Shown here: one piece after another, positions 1 through 11,300 of the stretch | How the letters are laid out: every line of letters starts with the position of its first letter | How positions within the stretch are numbered: the stretch's first letter is position 1 | IMG/VR virus record: IMGVR_UViG_3300028914_000001 | Location: 157,489 to 221,488 of that record | Length of the DNA: 64,000 nt | From: a virus | Taxonomy: Duplodnaviria > Heunggongvirae > Uroviricota > Caudoviricetes | Reading direction: 5' to 3' (one strand) | Program-made: the position numbers and the translations under genes | Notes under the pieces: model-generated | Seen by the model: only the letters and a program-made list of their open reading frames with translations | What the model was told of the DNA's origin: nothing | Database searches by the model: none

Positions 1-999
1 ATTACAGTAATTGATGATATCGCTTGCCGTAATCACAGCACTTGCATTCTTCTTGATGTACGATACTACTTCGGAAACTATGGCACATAGAGGTCGCTGG
101 CAATCCTGACCTAAAACCGTAGACATGAACTTGACAAAATTGACACAATCATTCATGTAAGCACGGGAATCATATTTAGTTGAAAGCGTCTTCGTTACAG
201 TAGGGTCAACCTCAGTAAGGAAATGCAAAACACCTGCATAATCCACATTGTTGTCTTGGGCAGCCTTATTCAATATGTCATTGAGCGGCAAGTTAACGGG
301 AGGAAGGTTATCCTTTCTACCATTACCCTTATCGTCTTTCTTATCATCAATAATTTCAGGCTTCTTGTTTTCTTTAGGAGGCTCCATAGGAGGAACTCCT
401 TTGAATGGATTTTCTTCCTCACCCTTCCCTTTGCCCGCTTTTTTGACCGTGGGTTTACCTTTCGCTTTCTTCGCTTCTTCGACTTGGGAGTCACCGTTTC
501 CGTTGTTCCCTTCTTCGACTTGGGACTCACCGTTCCCCGTGTTCCCTTCTTCAACTTGGGTCTCGCCGTTTCCGTTGTTCTCAGTAGACTTTGCTCGTTT
601 ACCACCTCGTTTTTTCTTTGCAGGCGCACCCGTTCCGTCAGCAGAGGCTGATTCAGCATCCTTCTTTTTATGTGAGCCTTTCGGGTTTTTTGGATTAGTA
701 TCTTTTGTATCGTTCACTTTACTTTCAGCGTTGCCATCTCCAAACAATACATTATCCATAGCTGTCGGCTCGGTTGGTTTTGGGTTTTCCTCGTTTTTTT
801 TCTTATTGTCCTTCAATTCAGCCGTAGATACAGTCTCGTCAGGGGAGTTCATGAACGCTGCAACATCCCCTTCAAGACTCGCAAGGTCAATATAGTTGGC
901 TGAATCGTCGCCAACATTCCCTACGGCGAAATCATCATCGTCTGGCAAATCGTTAACGTTAATTCCTTCAATCAAAACCCTCGTATCACCTTTCATCAT
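1..999 (-). CDS. Acidic/Lys-Glu-rich late protein, runs off the left edge; putative head-internal protein
   Basis: Not in the ORF track because it has no stop in the window. My translation from ATG 999 gives MMKGDTRVLIEGINVND...; no in-frame stop in the stretches I read (both ends and the repeat region). TATAAACTAT box at 1022-1031. Confidence 0.7.
   Translation of the reverse strand, partial: MMKGDTRVLIEGINVNDLPDDDDFAVGNVGDDSANYIDLASLEGDVAAFMNSPDETVSTAELKDNKKKNEENPKPTEPTAMDNVLFGDGNAESKVNDTKDTNPKNPKGSHKKKDAESASADGTGAPAKKKRGGKRAKSTENNGNGETQVEEGNTGNGESQVEEGNNGNGDSQVEEAKKAKGKPTVKKAGKGKGEEENPFKGVPPMEPPKENKKPEIIDDKKDDKGNGRKDNLPPVNLPLNDILNKAAQDNNVDYAGVLHFLTEVDPTVTKTLSTKYDSRAYMNDCVNFVKFMSTVLGQDCQRPLCAIVSEVVSYIKKNASAVITASDIINYCN
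475..582 (-). repeat. 3 x 36-bp imperfect tandem repeat encoding about GNNGNG(D/E)SQVEE
   Basis: Units start at 475, 511 and 547 (ttcttcgacttgggagtcaccgtttccgttgttccc and variants), in frame within the 1..999 CDS. Confidence 0.85.
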
Positions 1000-1021
1000 G
1001 CACTCACGATAAAATTCATCT

Positions 1022-1031
1022 ATAGTTTATA
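1022..1031 (-). promoter_or_regulatory. Late promoter box TATAAACTAT
   Basis: Exact motif, intergenic, about 22 nt upstream of ATG 999. Confidence 0.75.
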
Positions 1032-1063
1032 TTGCAGAACCAACGTCATTTTTGGTACCGTAC

Positions 1064-1096
1064 AAAAAGAGCCACCATCACATAGACGGTGGCCCT
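1064..1096 (-). terminator. Intrinsic terminator after the 2117-aa gene
   Basis: gccacc...ggtggc stem with an A-run on the left. Confidence 0.55.
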
Positions 1097-1115
1097 TAAT
1101 ATTATTTACGCTATA

Positions 1116-4100
1116 CTAGGATACCCCAAGTGTAGTCTTAATTTTTCCCTTGCAAGTATCACTAATACACTTGGCGAATTTAGCCCCGCTCAACTTACTA
1201 TTTGGGGCAGGTGCCTTGTAATTTTCTTCCAAGTATTTTATAGCTCCATCGTATGTCGGGTTATCAGTTGACTGCTGATATTCGAGTACAAGAGGCTTAG
1301 CGAACACCCAGTTCCGTGCCATGATAATATCGGCAAGTTCATCTTTGTATACACCCTGCATTGTATTAACGATATCATTGACATCTTTCGGGGTAAGGCT
1401 GTATTCCTTCTGAGTATCAGCGCTATTCAGGCTATACGCAATCCATGAAGGCCTTACACATCCATGGGCACTGATAAATTTATCAACCAACTCCTCCAGG
1501 ATTTTCTTGGTTTTCACATCACTACTGGTCGCTTTCAAAATTTGAGCATTGCCCATAGCCTTCAACTTGGATGCGAGTGCAGTATTGATGGAAATGCCAA
1601 GGCTTCCGGCAAGGTCAACAAAGTCGTCTGGCAGCAAATCAACAATCCTGCGACCGAGAGCACTATCAGGACCGTATTTAATCAAGTCGCTTGCTACTGT
1701 GGTAACAAGGTCTCTTACACACTGCCCGTTAATCGGCTCGCCGCCAAAATCAATCTTCGTTTTCGGCCTGAGACTTTCATCATTGAAGTTGCTTACACGC
1801 CATGCACAGTATGCGATGGCAGATTTCATCACAGCAGAGACCTGAGAACCACCGTACAACAGCTTCAAGTAATGAAGTTTTTTCATAACCTGTGCCGGGA
1901 CTACTTTATTCTCGTAGTCCTCATGCCATTGGCCAAGCTTCCGCATGACATCATCAAATCTATTCTCCAATGCAATGCAGCCCAATGCGTTTCTTATCTG
2001 GAAACGACCGAAAGGAATATCCTTATCACCTTCGTTAAGCCAGTACACTCTTGTCACGATGTAATCCTTAGCCCTTTGCTTAGTCTCTCCTTTCTCGTTA
2101 ACGTAAGTTTCGTAGTTGACCGTCTTTACATCAGATACTCGGGTAGTTCCATTGACATGCACCAGAAGCGTATCACCCTCATGCAAGATGGTGCTCGCAG
2201 TAATGCGCATCGTGCCATCGTCATTCACTCCAATGACATCCATCGTTTCGTTAAAGTTTATGGCACTACCTTCCTTTAGGTCAGGGTTTCCTTCCCTATC
2301 CATATCAGCAAGAATATCTTGCAGCTTATTATCGTCAGCAGCGTCATCACTGATAACGTTTTGAATCAAGTCATCTACACTGTTCGTCGGATAACCAGTT
2401 TTTCCACGCAGGAAATTCCTAGCGCTTGTAGCAGGGTTGTTATTAGACGACTTGTTGAACACACCTGTTGCCAATGCGAGTTCCGCATCAACATTTACAA
2501 GCTCGTCCAGAAGGGCGTCATCGACAAGATGGATTCGACCAGATTTAACTCCCTCAGAGCTCAAAGCCTTCGCCTGCGAAGCGAGAAGCTCGATAAACTC
2601 CTTACGGTTATTTCCGAATCCACGGCTGCCTGCCGCATTGAGGATTTCTCTTGCAAGCCTGTACTCCAGCAGTTTCAGCTCGGATATACGATACCTTGCA
2701 AGCGTATCACCCTTAAAGGTATTCATCACCTTTCCGTTTTTATCCCTTACAGGATAGTCCTTGAAGAATTTCTTATTTGCAGTTTCCTTATCAAGCGTGT
2801 CTTGGTCACTCGACTTATTCATGATGTCAACGGCGGTCGGGTACCTACTTCCATATTCATCAAGATAACGCTCAAAGTCAGCCTTAGCCTTTTCGAAAGT
2901 AATGTTTATTTGTCCAACTTCCAATGCCAGAGTTTCATCGTCTCGAATATCAAAGGCCAATGTACCAGCATGTACCGCCTTAGCAACATTCTTGTTAAGG
3001 CCGATAACTTCACGGTCCCTACCTGTTTCCTTTGCGACATCACGACGACCATAAGCAGCGCCAGACGGAGAGGCATCACGGGCTCTAGCCTTAAGTCCTT
3101 CTTCGTAATAAGCGAATGCCGTGATAAGTCTTGCGTTGTTATTCACTAGCACGGTCATCGGATTCATTACGACCTCTCTCATAACCGTATTAAGAATACG
3201 GACATCAAGCGCTTGCAGAGGCTCGCCATTAGACAATTTGTTCACCGTGTTAGTGAACGCACTGTACAATGTTGCAAAATGCTCGTTTACGACAGTCTTT
3301 TTTCTCTGTTCTTCATTGTTCAGCGTCTGCTGACGATAAGTCATCTTGGTATTACGCTTACTGTGGCCAACAGTGTTGTATTCTTCGGTAAGGTCCATAA
3401 GAGACTTGAAGAAGCTATGCACCTTATCCAAGTTAATATTATCGCCATCAAACGTATAAGGCGACTTGACACCCTCAGCTTCGACAAAGCGGCCAATACC
3501 ATTCGAATAAACATCTTTAATGTCATCAGCAACCTGAGCATATTTACCTTTCAAATCCGCTTTATTGAAATACGACTCCAACGCAGAGAGTTCATTTTCG
3601 GAAATACTCTTATACGGCATCGCATCAATACGAGAAACATCACCTATACCGTTACGATAGTCAATAGATAGGCTGTCTTCTGGAACAGTCTGTCTCAGTC
3701 TATTCATCATAACACGAAGAGCGTTGCTCTCACGGAACGCATCGGTAAGCTTACCCAGTTCCTCAGACGCATTGCTTTCGAAGTTATAGACGCAAAAGTC
3801 AATAATAGCGTTTCCGGGACTGTCAAAACCTTTAACAGTTGAAGCGACAAAAGGAACTATCATTCCCCCGGCATCAACCTTCATGCCCAATGCATCCCTA
3901 CGAATGGCATCTCCATTCTTCACAACGATATCGGCAACCTTAGCCACATAATCGGTATCATTATGAATTTTCTTGTTTATTGCCGCATAGATTTTAACCT
4001 CATCTTTAAGCTGTTTCTGAACACTATCCTGTCTAGCATTATCCATACCACCCAAGGCACTCTTGCTAACAGCATTCAGCGCATCGATTTTTTCCTGCAA

Positions 4101-7100
4101 TTCATTTGCGAAATTATCATTGAACGAATCAACAAGAGTATCACGGTCGAACGCAGGGTTGACATCATTCTTTGATGCATCCTCGGCGGCATATTTAACC
4201 ATCAAGGCACCCATTGTCGGAATAATCTTCTTGTCGATATCATCATATTGACCCGTGCCAAGATATCCACGCAACACTTGCTTGGTAAAGTACATCGGTG
4301 CCGGAGATGCATCGGCATCATCCCCAAGGAGACTATCCATTCTGATAGTATTGTCGTCAACATCCGGGCTAGCCGCAACCGCATCGTTCACGATTCTCAA
4401 GAACTGACGGTTAAAGTCAAACTTATTACGAACATTGATGTCATTCTTGACAAGATGCGCTATTTTGATGCCAAGTTCACCATTGTTTTGCAGGTAGAGC
4501 AACTTCTCTGCGAGCTTATCTTTAAGCGAGTTGACCTCGTCCGCAGTAAGAATAGCATTTCTTTTGCCACGAGTAACTTCATCCAAAGCTTCCTGGTACG
4601 CTTGCTTTGCTACCATCTCATCCTTATTACCCGGCGTCGTGGTATCTACAGGCTCCCCTTGCATGTCATCGGCATCGGTTTTCCTTCCGTTGATTTCTTC
4701 ACTATCACCAGTTTCTATCGGATAGTCTTCAACCTCAACCTTGGTAAACCTATCTTTCAACCGATTAATGAAGTCATCGAAATCACGGAACTTGATATCT
4801 TCGACCGCAGATGCAAGTTCTACAGTACCATACTTTTTGTTCAATTCCTCGATTATGGCGTCTTTCAACGTCTGTGCGTCGTCCGCATCAAACGGTGCAT
4901 ACTCTTCCGAGAATACCTTGGCATATGCTTTCTCAAACGCATCGTGCAATACATCAATATCACTATCGCTGAACTCATCTTCGCTATTAGACTCGGTATC
5001 CTCATCGACGGCAGCTGACTCATTTGCATCTGCATCCATAGCCTTAGCCGCTTGCAGCATCTTCTTGTAATCCCAGTCTTTCAAATTCCACCTATTCGGA
5101 GCAACTGCATCCAAGATTTCTTCAACATCATCTGTGGAGTACCAGAGAGTGCTGTCAAGGTTATACATATCCTTCAAGTGATTGACAATACGCTTCGGCA
5201 CAGCATCCTTATTCACCGTATCGAATGTCGGACGGACCCATTTAAAGTGGCCTGTCTGAGGATTATACTCTTCGTAATAAAGGACCAACGGCTTTGCTGG
5301 GTTCACAAACGGCTTTATAGTATCCGCCCTTTCTTCTGCTTGCTGCATCGTGCTGGACAGAATCTCATCAAACAACTGAACTACGCCAGACATATCCGTC
5401 GGAGAAGTGAAGTCCACCGTCATGCCCTCAGACTTCATGGACCTCAATGCTTCCAAAACCTTCTTAAACGAGTCGTTGGCTTCCTTCGAGTTGAACATGA
5501 TTCGGCCAGCCATTCCATGCTTAGCAACCGCTTCACAATACTTTCCGATAGGAGAGTTCAGCACGTCGTTTACACTTGAATTGATGACATCATGGTCATG
5601 GAGACTCAATCCACGACTCAACGTCTTCACCGTCTCGTTGTTCACCATATTGCCATCGGCATCTTGTGTTGCCACAAACGCCATACCGTGCGGGATAGCA
5701 AGGAAGTATACATGTCCCTCGCCCGTACTTTTAACTTTTCGGGAAATAATGTTCTTCAAGTCTGTTTTCGCAAGAGTCTTATCAATACCCGGAAGGCTCT
5801 GAATGTCGTGGGAAGCACCATCAACCGTCTTGAAAACGAATCGTGTTTCGGCTTCAAATCCAGTACGTGTAGTCACATTCTCAATATTTTGTGCAATATG
5901 GGTATTAGCGCCGACATCCTCACCCATCTGGATAGATGCCTTCATTTCGGACAGCCATTCATCGATAGGAACGTCTTCATCACGAAGGCGTTCTACGGCA
6001 GGGGTAACCCTCTTGGTATCTTGTCCTTTGACAACGATGCCAGCACCGATTCCCATGTCAACATGAGCCGTGTTAACAGCACCGTTTCCTGTAAATTCAC
6101 GGCCAGTGTTCGTATTCTTACTCGGCATTCCTTCGGCAACGGCGACTGCACGAAGATTATTTTTGTCTGCAGCAGACCTCTTTGGCTGTTCATTAAGCGC
6201 CTTATCCAAGTTAATACTATCAACCACATCTCTTTGAGAAACCTTATCTTTATGATAAGTCACCCATCTATCGCCATGCTTGTTGAATATATCACCATGC
6301 CCAGCAGCGACGCAATCACGAATAAGAGACTCGTCCCTGAGCATTTCAATAAAATCTTTAGTCGAAATAGCAAGAACCTTATTCTGCTGGTCAACACCAG
6401 TCGGCTTACCGTTTTCTTCCAATTCATCGGCTATTGCCTTATATTGGTGCTGTCTAAGAATGTTGCAGAAAGCATCCATAGAACTACCAGGCAAGGCAAG
6501 CATATCCACTACATATCGTGGATATACAAGAACGTCAGGAATGTTCGCCGCAGTAAGCCTATCAGGGGACACCACCTTCATTTGAGACTCGCCCATGTTG
6601 GCAAGAGAACCCCAGTTCGTCTGAATTCCATCTAAGCTTCCAACGATAGGTTCCAATGCGCTCTTTGCCACATCATGCGTCTTTCTCGTAAAGAGTTCCT
6701 TCACGCTAGAAGCATTGTCTCGCTTATCGCTGGCCTCCTTCCTCATCTTGCGGGCATTATCCATGAAATCGAAGATGTATTTAATGAACGCAGCATAGAG
6801 CACGGTATCATCGAAGTCGCCGTAGTTCGGAACACTGGCCTTACCAGAAAGCAGTTTATAGTTCCTTTCCAGGGCGTCTTCAAGCTCGACATACTTGCTG
6901 CCGGATACAACGTTAAGCATCCTCTCATCTTGTCGTTTTTCTAGCGTGGGCTCACCCTTTTCGTTCTCTTTAACCACAAAGCTATTCTCTGCCAACTTCG
7001 TCAATTCCGTACCGATAAGCTTCAAGAAAAGCTCGAATACCTTCGGGGCATCGGCGATACCATCTTGGCCAACACCGCATTTAACTGACGCAACAGCAGG

Positions 7101-7469
7101 ATACTGTCTTGCGTACTTTTCAAGGGCTTCCGGGGTCCTTGCAGATTTGATGAACACACTGCGAACACGACTCTTCGGGAGAATGCTTGCTGCAAGTTCA
7201 AGCAAGAATGCATTGTCTTTTCCATCATATGTGTCGGCAGCCCATTCGAACGTGATTGGCTTCAATACCTCCCTAGTATTGCCGTTGCCATCCGTTGTCG
7301 TCGTAACCATGGACCTAATCTTTGGCGAAGCAGACTTCTGCGCCATTTCCAATGTAATCGGGAACTTGTAATCCCTGAGCGCTCTAAAGTTGTCTCCAGC
7401 CTCGCTCTTCATTTTCTTGTCAATCTCGGCAGAAGACATTCCTTCGAGCAAAATTTGCAGCATATTCAT
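1116..7469 (-). CDS. Giant 2117-aa late protein of unknown function; probable virion-internal/ejection protein
   Basis: Long ORF, late box at 7503, starts MNMLQILLE|G (gp21-type LxE site), own terminator; no enzyme motif recognised. Confidence 0.6.
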   Translation of the reverse strand: MNMLQILLEGMSSAEIDKKMKSEAGDNFRALRDYKFPITLEMAQKSASPKIRSMVTTTTDGNGNTREVLKPITFEWAADTYDGKDNAFLLELAASILPKSRVRSVFIKSARTPEALEKYARQYPAVASVKCGVGQDGIADAPKVFELFLKLIGTELTKLAENSFVVKENEKGEPTLEKRQDERMLNVVSGSKYVELEDALERNYKLLSGKASVPNYGDFDDTVLYAAFIKYIFDFMDNARKMRKEASDKRDNASSVKELFTRKTHDVAKSALEPIVGSLDGIQTNWGSLANMGESQMKVVSPDRLTAANIPDVLVYPRYVVDMLALPGSSMDAFCNILRQHQYKAIADELEENGKPTGVDQQNKVLAISTKDFIEMLRDESLIRDCVAAGHGDIFNKHGDRWVTYHKDKVSQRDVVDSINLDKALNEQPKRSAADKNNLRAVAVAEGMPSKNTNTGREFTGNGAVNTAHVDMGIGAGIVVKGQDTKRVTPAVERLRDEDVPIDEWLSEMKASIQMGEDVGANTHIAQNIENVTTRTGFEAETRFVFKTVDGASHDIQSLPGIDKTLAKTDLKNIISRKVKSTGEGHVYFLAIPHGMAFVATQDADGNMVNNETVKTLSRGLSLHDHDVINSSVNDVLNSPIGKYCEAVAKHGMAGRIMFNSKEANDSFKKVLEALRSMKSEGMTVDFTSPTDMSGVVQLFDEILSSTMQQAEERADTIKPFVNPAKPLVLYYEEYNPQTGHFKWVRPTFDTVNKDAVPKRIVNHLKDMYNLDSTLWYSTDDVEEILDAVAPNRWNLKDWDYKKMLQAAKAMDADANESAAVDEDTESNSEDEFSDSDIDVLHDAFEKAYAKVFSEEYAPFDADDAQTLKDAIIEELNKKYGTVELASAVEDIKFRDFDDFINRLKDRFTKVEVEDYPIETGDSEEINGRKTDADDMQGEPVDTTTPGNKDEMVAKQAYQEALDEVTRGKRNAILTADEVNSLKDKLAEKLLYLQNNGELGIKIAHLVKNDINVRNKFDFNRQFLRIVNDAVAASPDVDDNTIRMDSLLGDDADASPAPMYFTKQVLRGYLGTGQYDDIDKKIIPTMGALMVKYAAEDASKNDVNPAFDRDTLVDSFNDNFANELQEKIDALNAVSKSALGGMDNARQDSVQKQLKDEVKIYAAINKKIHNDTDYVAKVADIVVKNGDAIRRDALGMKVDAGGMIVPFVASTVKGFDSPGNAIIDFCVYNFESNASEELGKLTDAFRESNALRVMMNRLRQTVPEDSLSIDYRNGIGDVSRIDAMPYKSISENELSALESYFNKADLKGKYAQVADDIKDVYSNGIGRFVEAEGVKSPYTFDGDNINLDKVHSFFKSLMDLTEEYNTVGHSKRNTKMTYRQQTLNNEEQRKKTVVNEHFATLYSAFTNTVNKLSNGEPLQALDVRILNTVMREVVMNPMTVLVNNNARLITAFAYYEEGLKARARDASPSGAAYGRRDVAKETGRDREVIGLNKNVAKAVHAGTLAFDIRDDETLALEVGQINITFEKAKADFERYLDEYGSRYPTAVDIMNKSSDQDTLDKETANKKFFKDYPVRDKNGKVMNTFKGDTLARYRISELKLLEYRLAREILNAAGSRGFGNNRKEFIELLASQAKALSSEGVKSGRIHLVDDALLDELVNVDAELALATGVFNKSSNNNPATSARNFLRGKTGYPTNSVDDLIQNVISDDAADDNKLQDILADMDREGNPDLKEGSAINFNETMDVIGVNDDGTMRITASTILHEGDTLLVHVNGTTRVSDVKTVNYETYVNEKGETKQRAKDYIVTRVYWLNEGDKDIPFGRFQIRNALGCIALENRFDDVMRKLGQWHEDYENKVVPAQVMKKLHYLKLLYGGSQVSAVMKSAIAYCAWRVSNFNDESLRPKTKIDFGGEPINGQCVRDLVTTVASDLIKYGPDSALGRRIVDLLPDDFVDLAGSLGISINTALASKLKAMGNAQILKATSSDVKTKKILEELVDKFISAHGCVRPSWIAYSLNSADTQKEYSLTPKDVNDIVNTMQGVYKDELADIIMARNWVFAKPLVLEYQQSTDNPTYDGAIKYLEENYKAPAPNSKLSGAKFAKCISDTCKGKIKTTLGVS

Positions 7470-7502
7470 ACTAAAATCCCTGTAATGGACTCAAATTCAC
7501 AT

Positions 7503-7512
7503 ATAGTTTATA
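7503..7512 (-). promoter_or_regulatory. Late promoter box TATAAACTAT
   Basis: Exact motif about 33 nt upstream of ATG 7469. Confidence 0.75.
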
Positions 7513-7535
7513 TAACGACATTAAAACCGATATCG

Positions 7536-7564
7536 AAAAAAGCGGGCATAACCCGCTTTATTTT
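7536..7564 (-). terminator. Intrinsic terminator of the fibre-GT operon
   Basis: aaaaaagcggg-cataa-cccgcttt hairpin. Confidence 0.7.
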
Positions 7565-7592
7565 AAACCTGACCTCGTATCAAGGTGCTTGG

Positions 7593-8315
7593 CTAGTCGC
7601 CCAACACCTCGAACTCACGGGGCACGTTACGGATAGGCAGGTTGTGTTCCCTTATCACATCCACATACGTCTGCAATGCCTCTCGGTAGTCACTGTGCTG
7701 GTCAGCATCACCGCCCACGCTTCCGTTAAGCAAGGTTTCAACGGTAATGGCGACCCGAAGGTGCAAATAGTCGCATTCAAGGCCAAGGAATTGGTCTTCG
7801 CTGCCCCACCGTGTGAATCTAGGTTCGAACAGGAATCCATTGTTGTACGCAATAACGTCCTGAATAGCACCGACCCTCATACAAAACCCGCAGGAATAGA
7901 AGGGATTGCATAAAATACCCGTATCCACCAATGTAGCCCCGCTCAGCGGAACGAATATCTTATGATGACGGGCGTCGTGCTCACAGGAATACAGCATACA
8001 GTCAATATGATTGCCACGCATAAGGTCAAGAACACGTTCAATATTGTATTCTGCCGGATAGCGGTCCCCGTCGAAGAACTCCACATAGTCGTCATAGCTC
8101 GGTCTGAACGTGTCCAGAATATACTGCAATCCTGTGTTTCTGTTCATGCCCCTATGACCCGCCGACGGCATAACGACATAGCGACAACCAATGGCATCAC
8201 ACTCCTTAATGTCATCTGCGGTAGGAGCATCAAACACGAACACGGTCTGCTGGTCGTGAGGAAATCTTCCGATATTCTCCGTTTGATTATGCGACAAAAT
8301 TACACGATAGAGCAT
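7593..8315 (-). CDS. GT-A fold glycosyltransferase (GT2-like)
   Basis: RNTGL, FFDGD (DxD) and RWGSED (GWGxED-like) motifs; start overlaps the tail-fibre stop (TAATG). Confidence 0.7.
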   Translation of the reverse strand: MLYRVILSHNQTENIGRFPHDQQTVFVFDAPTADDIKECDAIGCRYVVMPSAGHRGMNRNTGLQYILDTFRPSYDDYVEFFDGDRYPAEYNIERVLDLMRGNHIDCMLYSCEHDARHHKIFVPLSGATLVDTGILCNPFYSCGFCMRVGAIQDVIAYNNGFLFEPRFTRWGSEDQFLGLECDYLHLRVAITVETLLNGSVGGDADQHSDYREALQTYVDVIREHNLPIRNVPREFEVLGD

Positions 8316-11300
8316 TAGTACCCCATAACATATATTTTACCGTCAATTTTCACAAAGTATGCAGTAGCCGTTGCCAACACAGGGGCCTGAATACTCTCGC
8401 CAGCAGTTGGTCCCCAGGCAACTTGTTTATTTTCCGTAGGAACCCTATTAAACGTAGGACGGATATAATGGTTAGAAGAGTGGGTTGAATCCGCCCATCG
8501 GTTAGCAGTAACAGAACCACCGTTGTTGTTATAGAAGTATATGTAGAAGCTTCTATCATCCATGCCGGGTGCAAGCATACCTCCAGCGTGAGTCCCATCT
8601 ACATCCATAATAGATTCGCCGTTGCTAACCCTCGCATTAGCCCGGATGTTGATAGTAACCTCATAAACGACACCTTCCAACAAATTATCCGTTACAATAT
8701 AAAGTCCTTTTTCAGGATTCTCAAATGTTGCAACGTGAGGCGCTGTTCCTTCAGGGTCGTTATCAAAAATACCTTCTGCCACGATTTTATGCCATGTGTT
8801 CCAGATTATTTTGTTACTTCCGTTCGGGCGAAGACCCAATGGATTTTGTGAACCATCTGGGTGGTCGTATGCCACGACATCAGACCTGTTATTATATACC
8901 GTAAACTCACCATCCTGCAAAACAGAGTATCTAACACAGGGCTGGGGAGAAGCGCTCACTCTGGCACTAGATATCGTAACGTACTGATTATTTCCACGAT
9001 ATGGGACAATCACGCCATCGTCCTGTATAATAATAAGGTTAGCACTATTACCGCTTCCGCCCGGTTTCCATGCAACGGTAGCGACATTATCCTCGGTTCC
9101 AACGACAGTAAGCACGTCATTTACAGAAGGAGCCCTGGCACCGTCTACTCCACGGTTGCCCAGAACCATCTTGTTCATATACATGCCGATACCACCCAGC
9201 GACCATATCATCGGGTAGTTCTTGCTGTTTCCCGTGATGAAGGAGCCAAACTCCGTAATGTAAGAGCTTGCCGAGTTCTCATTTGGGCCAATAGTAGTGC
9301 CATCCAATCCGCCGAGGATTAGCTGATTGTTTATGCTTGCCGCAAGAGCCAGCGAACCGTAGATGTGCAGGTTGTTGAAGTGCAGCTTTTCGGTTGTGCC
9401 GCCAGCCAGTGTAATCAACCTACCAACCAACGTACCATAGGATATGTTAGAACGGCTCAGGACATGCCTTGTACCCGACTCGTACACATATGAACAATCA
9501 CTGAGAGCAATGCTAGACTCCGAAAGTTTCATCACTCCGTATTGAAGGTTATGCGGCACTTGTCCTTCCGCAGATTCCGTCAGCTGCACAAGGCTATATC
9601 CAAGGGATATGTCCATGAAGTTAATTTCACTTTTTTTCACGTCACCTGTGTAGATATAGTTACTTGTAATAGCCGAACCACACAGCTTGATTCTGCTGTG
9701 ATTGATGGCTACGGAATCCAGCGTCCTATCCTTATACCAGCTATTGAGATACGGCATCAGGGTAGATGAATAACCATCATATATTGCAGATATTTCAGAA
9801 TATGCCGAGTGGATGTTGACTATGCCAGCCGACGTGAGTGACACACGGCTGTAATTTACACTACTAGCCTTAGCATCTTCGCCTGACTTACGCCAGAACT
9901 GTGTGTTATATCCGATAATATCGCTATAACAAACGTCCGCACGGTCGTCGTATTCCGACATAGATGGAAGTTCGTCCTTGTGGTCGTTTGTAAACGTAAC
10001 CCTAGACATGTAAAGTGCAGGGAGATGGTGGCTATAGAAGGCAATCAAGTCAGAATAACATACCACTCGGTTAAGTGCTGTAGACTGGCCAATCACTCGG
10101 CTGTCGTACATCTCCTTGACATCGAGGGAACGCCCGATGATACTTGACTGGTATGCCCTCTCAATGGAGCTAACTTCTGCAAAAATTGCACTCGTCACGC
10201 TGCCATAAACGAGCGTACGTTCCGCCACTATCAATGCACGGCATGTCGGGTAAGCATCTCTCGCTCCTATAATATTGTTAGCACCAGCAACCGCAGAGAA
10301 CACCGCACCCGTCAACTCGTTACTGATTCCGTTCAATACGGTATTGTAATGTGAGTCGGTAATCTTGTTATCCATTCCGCTGAGGATGGCATTATAGTGG
10401 GCCGATGCCATCATAACGCTGTTCTTACCAGCATTAAGATTATGGTCGCCTGCACTGACGCTGCCTTCCATGAGAGCGTATGAGTCATAACCGAGCTTAT
10501 ACTTGGGGATGCCATCGGATATCTTAACTGCATCGGCAACACAAAGGACGCCTACATAATTAAGGGCTGATTCAAACTCAGGGAAAGTCGGGTTTTCAAT
10601 AATCGTGAATTTCTTACCATCAAACTCGACCACATGCCGAACACCTGTGTAGTCATCACCCTCGTCGATAGCCAGGTAGATTGCTTTCGTTGCGTTATAT
10701 ACAGACGTTCCGCCTCGGCCTCTCGTAACTCCACCAAGAGGGCAAACATCTCCCGTTCCTCCAGTGATTTGATTGTCCTCAGCATCTGTCCAGTATGAGG
10801 ACGACCTGACCTTGTCAATAGACTCATCGGTCGTATTGGCAATAATCGCATTCCAGTCATCCATTGTCGGAATTCTCCAACCAGTAGAAGACAACTGTTG
10901 GCGAATAGCCGGAATAGCGAAGTTATCATCGTCATTATACCGCTTTATGAAGTTATACATCTGTACTTTCGGGAGTTTCAGTTTCTTAATCCGCAGGAAC
11001 TGATATTGGCTATAATCCCGAGTGTCATCAGAGTTAATAACATAATAAACATGATACTTACGCTCTTCGACACCAATTTCATAGTTACTGAACGGGTTTT
11101 GTGTCAAATCCATTTCAGCAACGAAGTCAGACCTATCGTCCAATTCAGGCGGATACCAGCCGACCCTAGTGATGCCATTTTCCGTCGTCGAAATTTCCGT
11201 CGGAGTCCTGGTTATCGTAATGTACGGCATGTCATAACCCCTTGCGTCACGACCATCGCCGCACATGTCAGTAACCGTACCTATTGCATCGACGTAATCA

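Noticed and set aside
475-582. 36-bp repeats as a possible CRISPR array
   Set aside because: Units abut with no spacers and are in-frame coding repeats.
10531-10965. Diversity-generating retroelement targeting the lectin-like domain
   Set aside because: No reverse transcriptase or template-repeat copy seen in the window.
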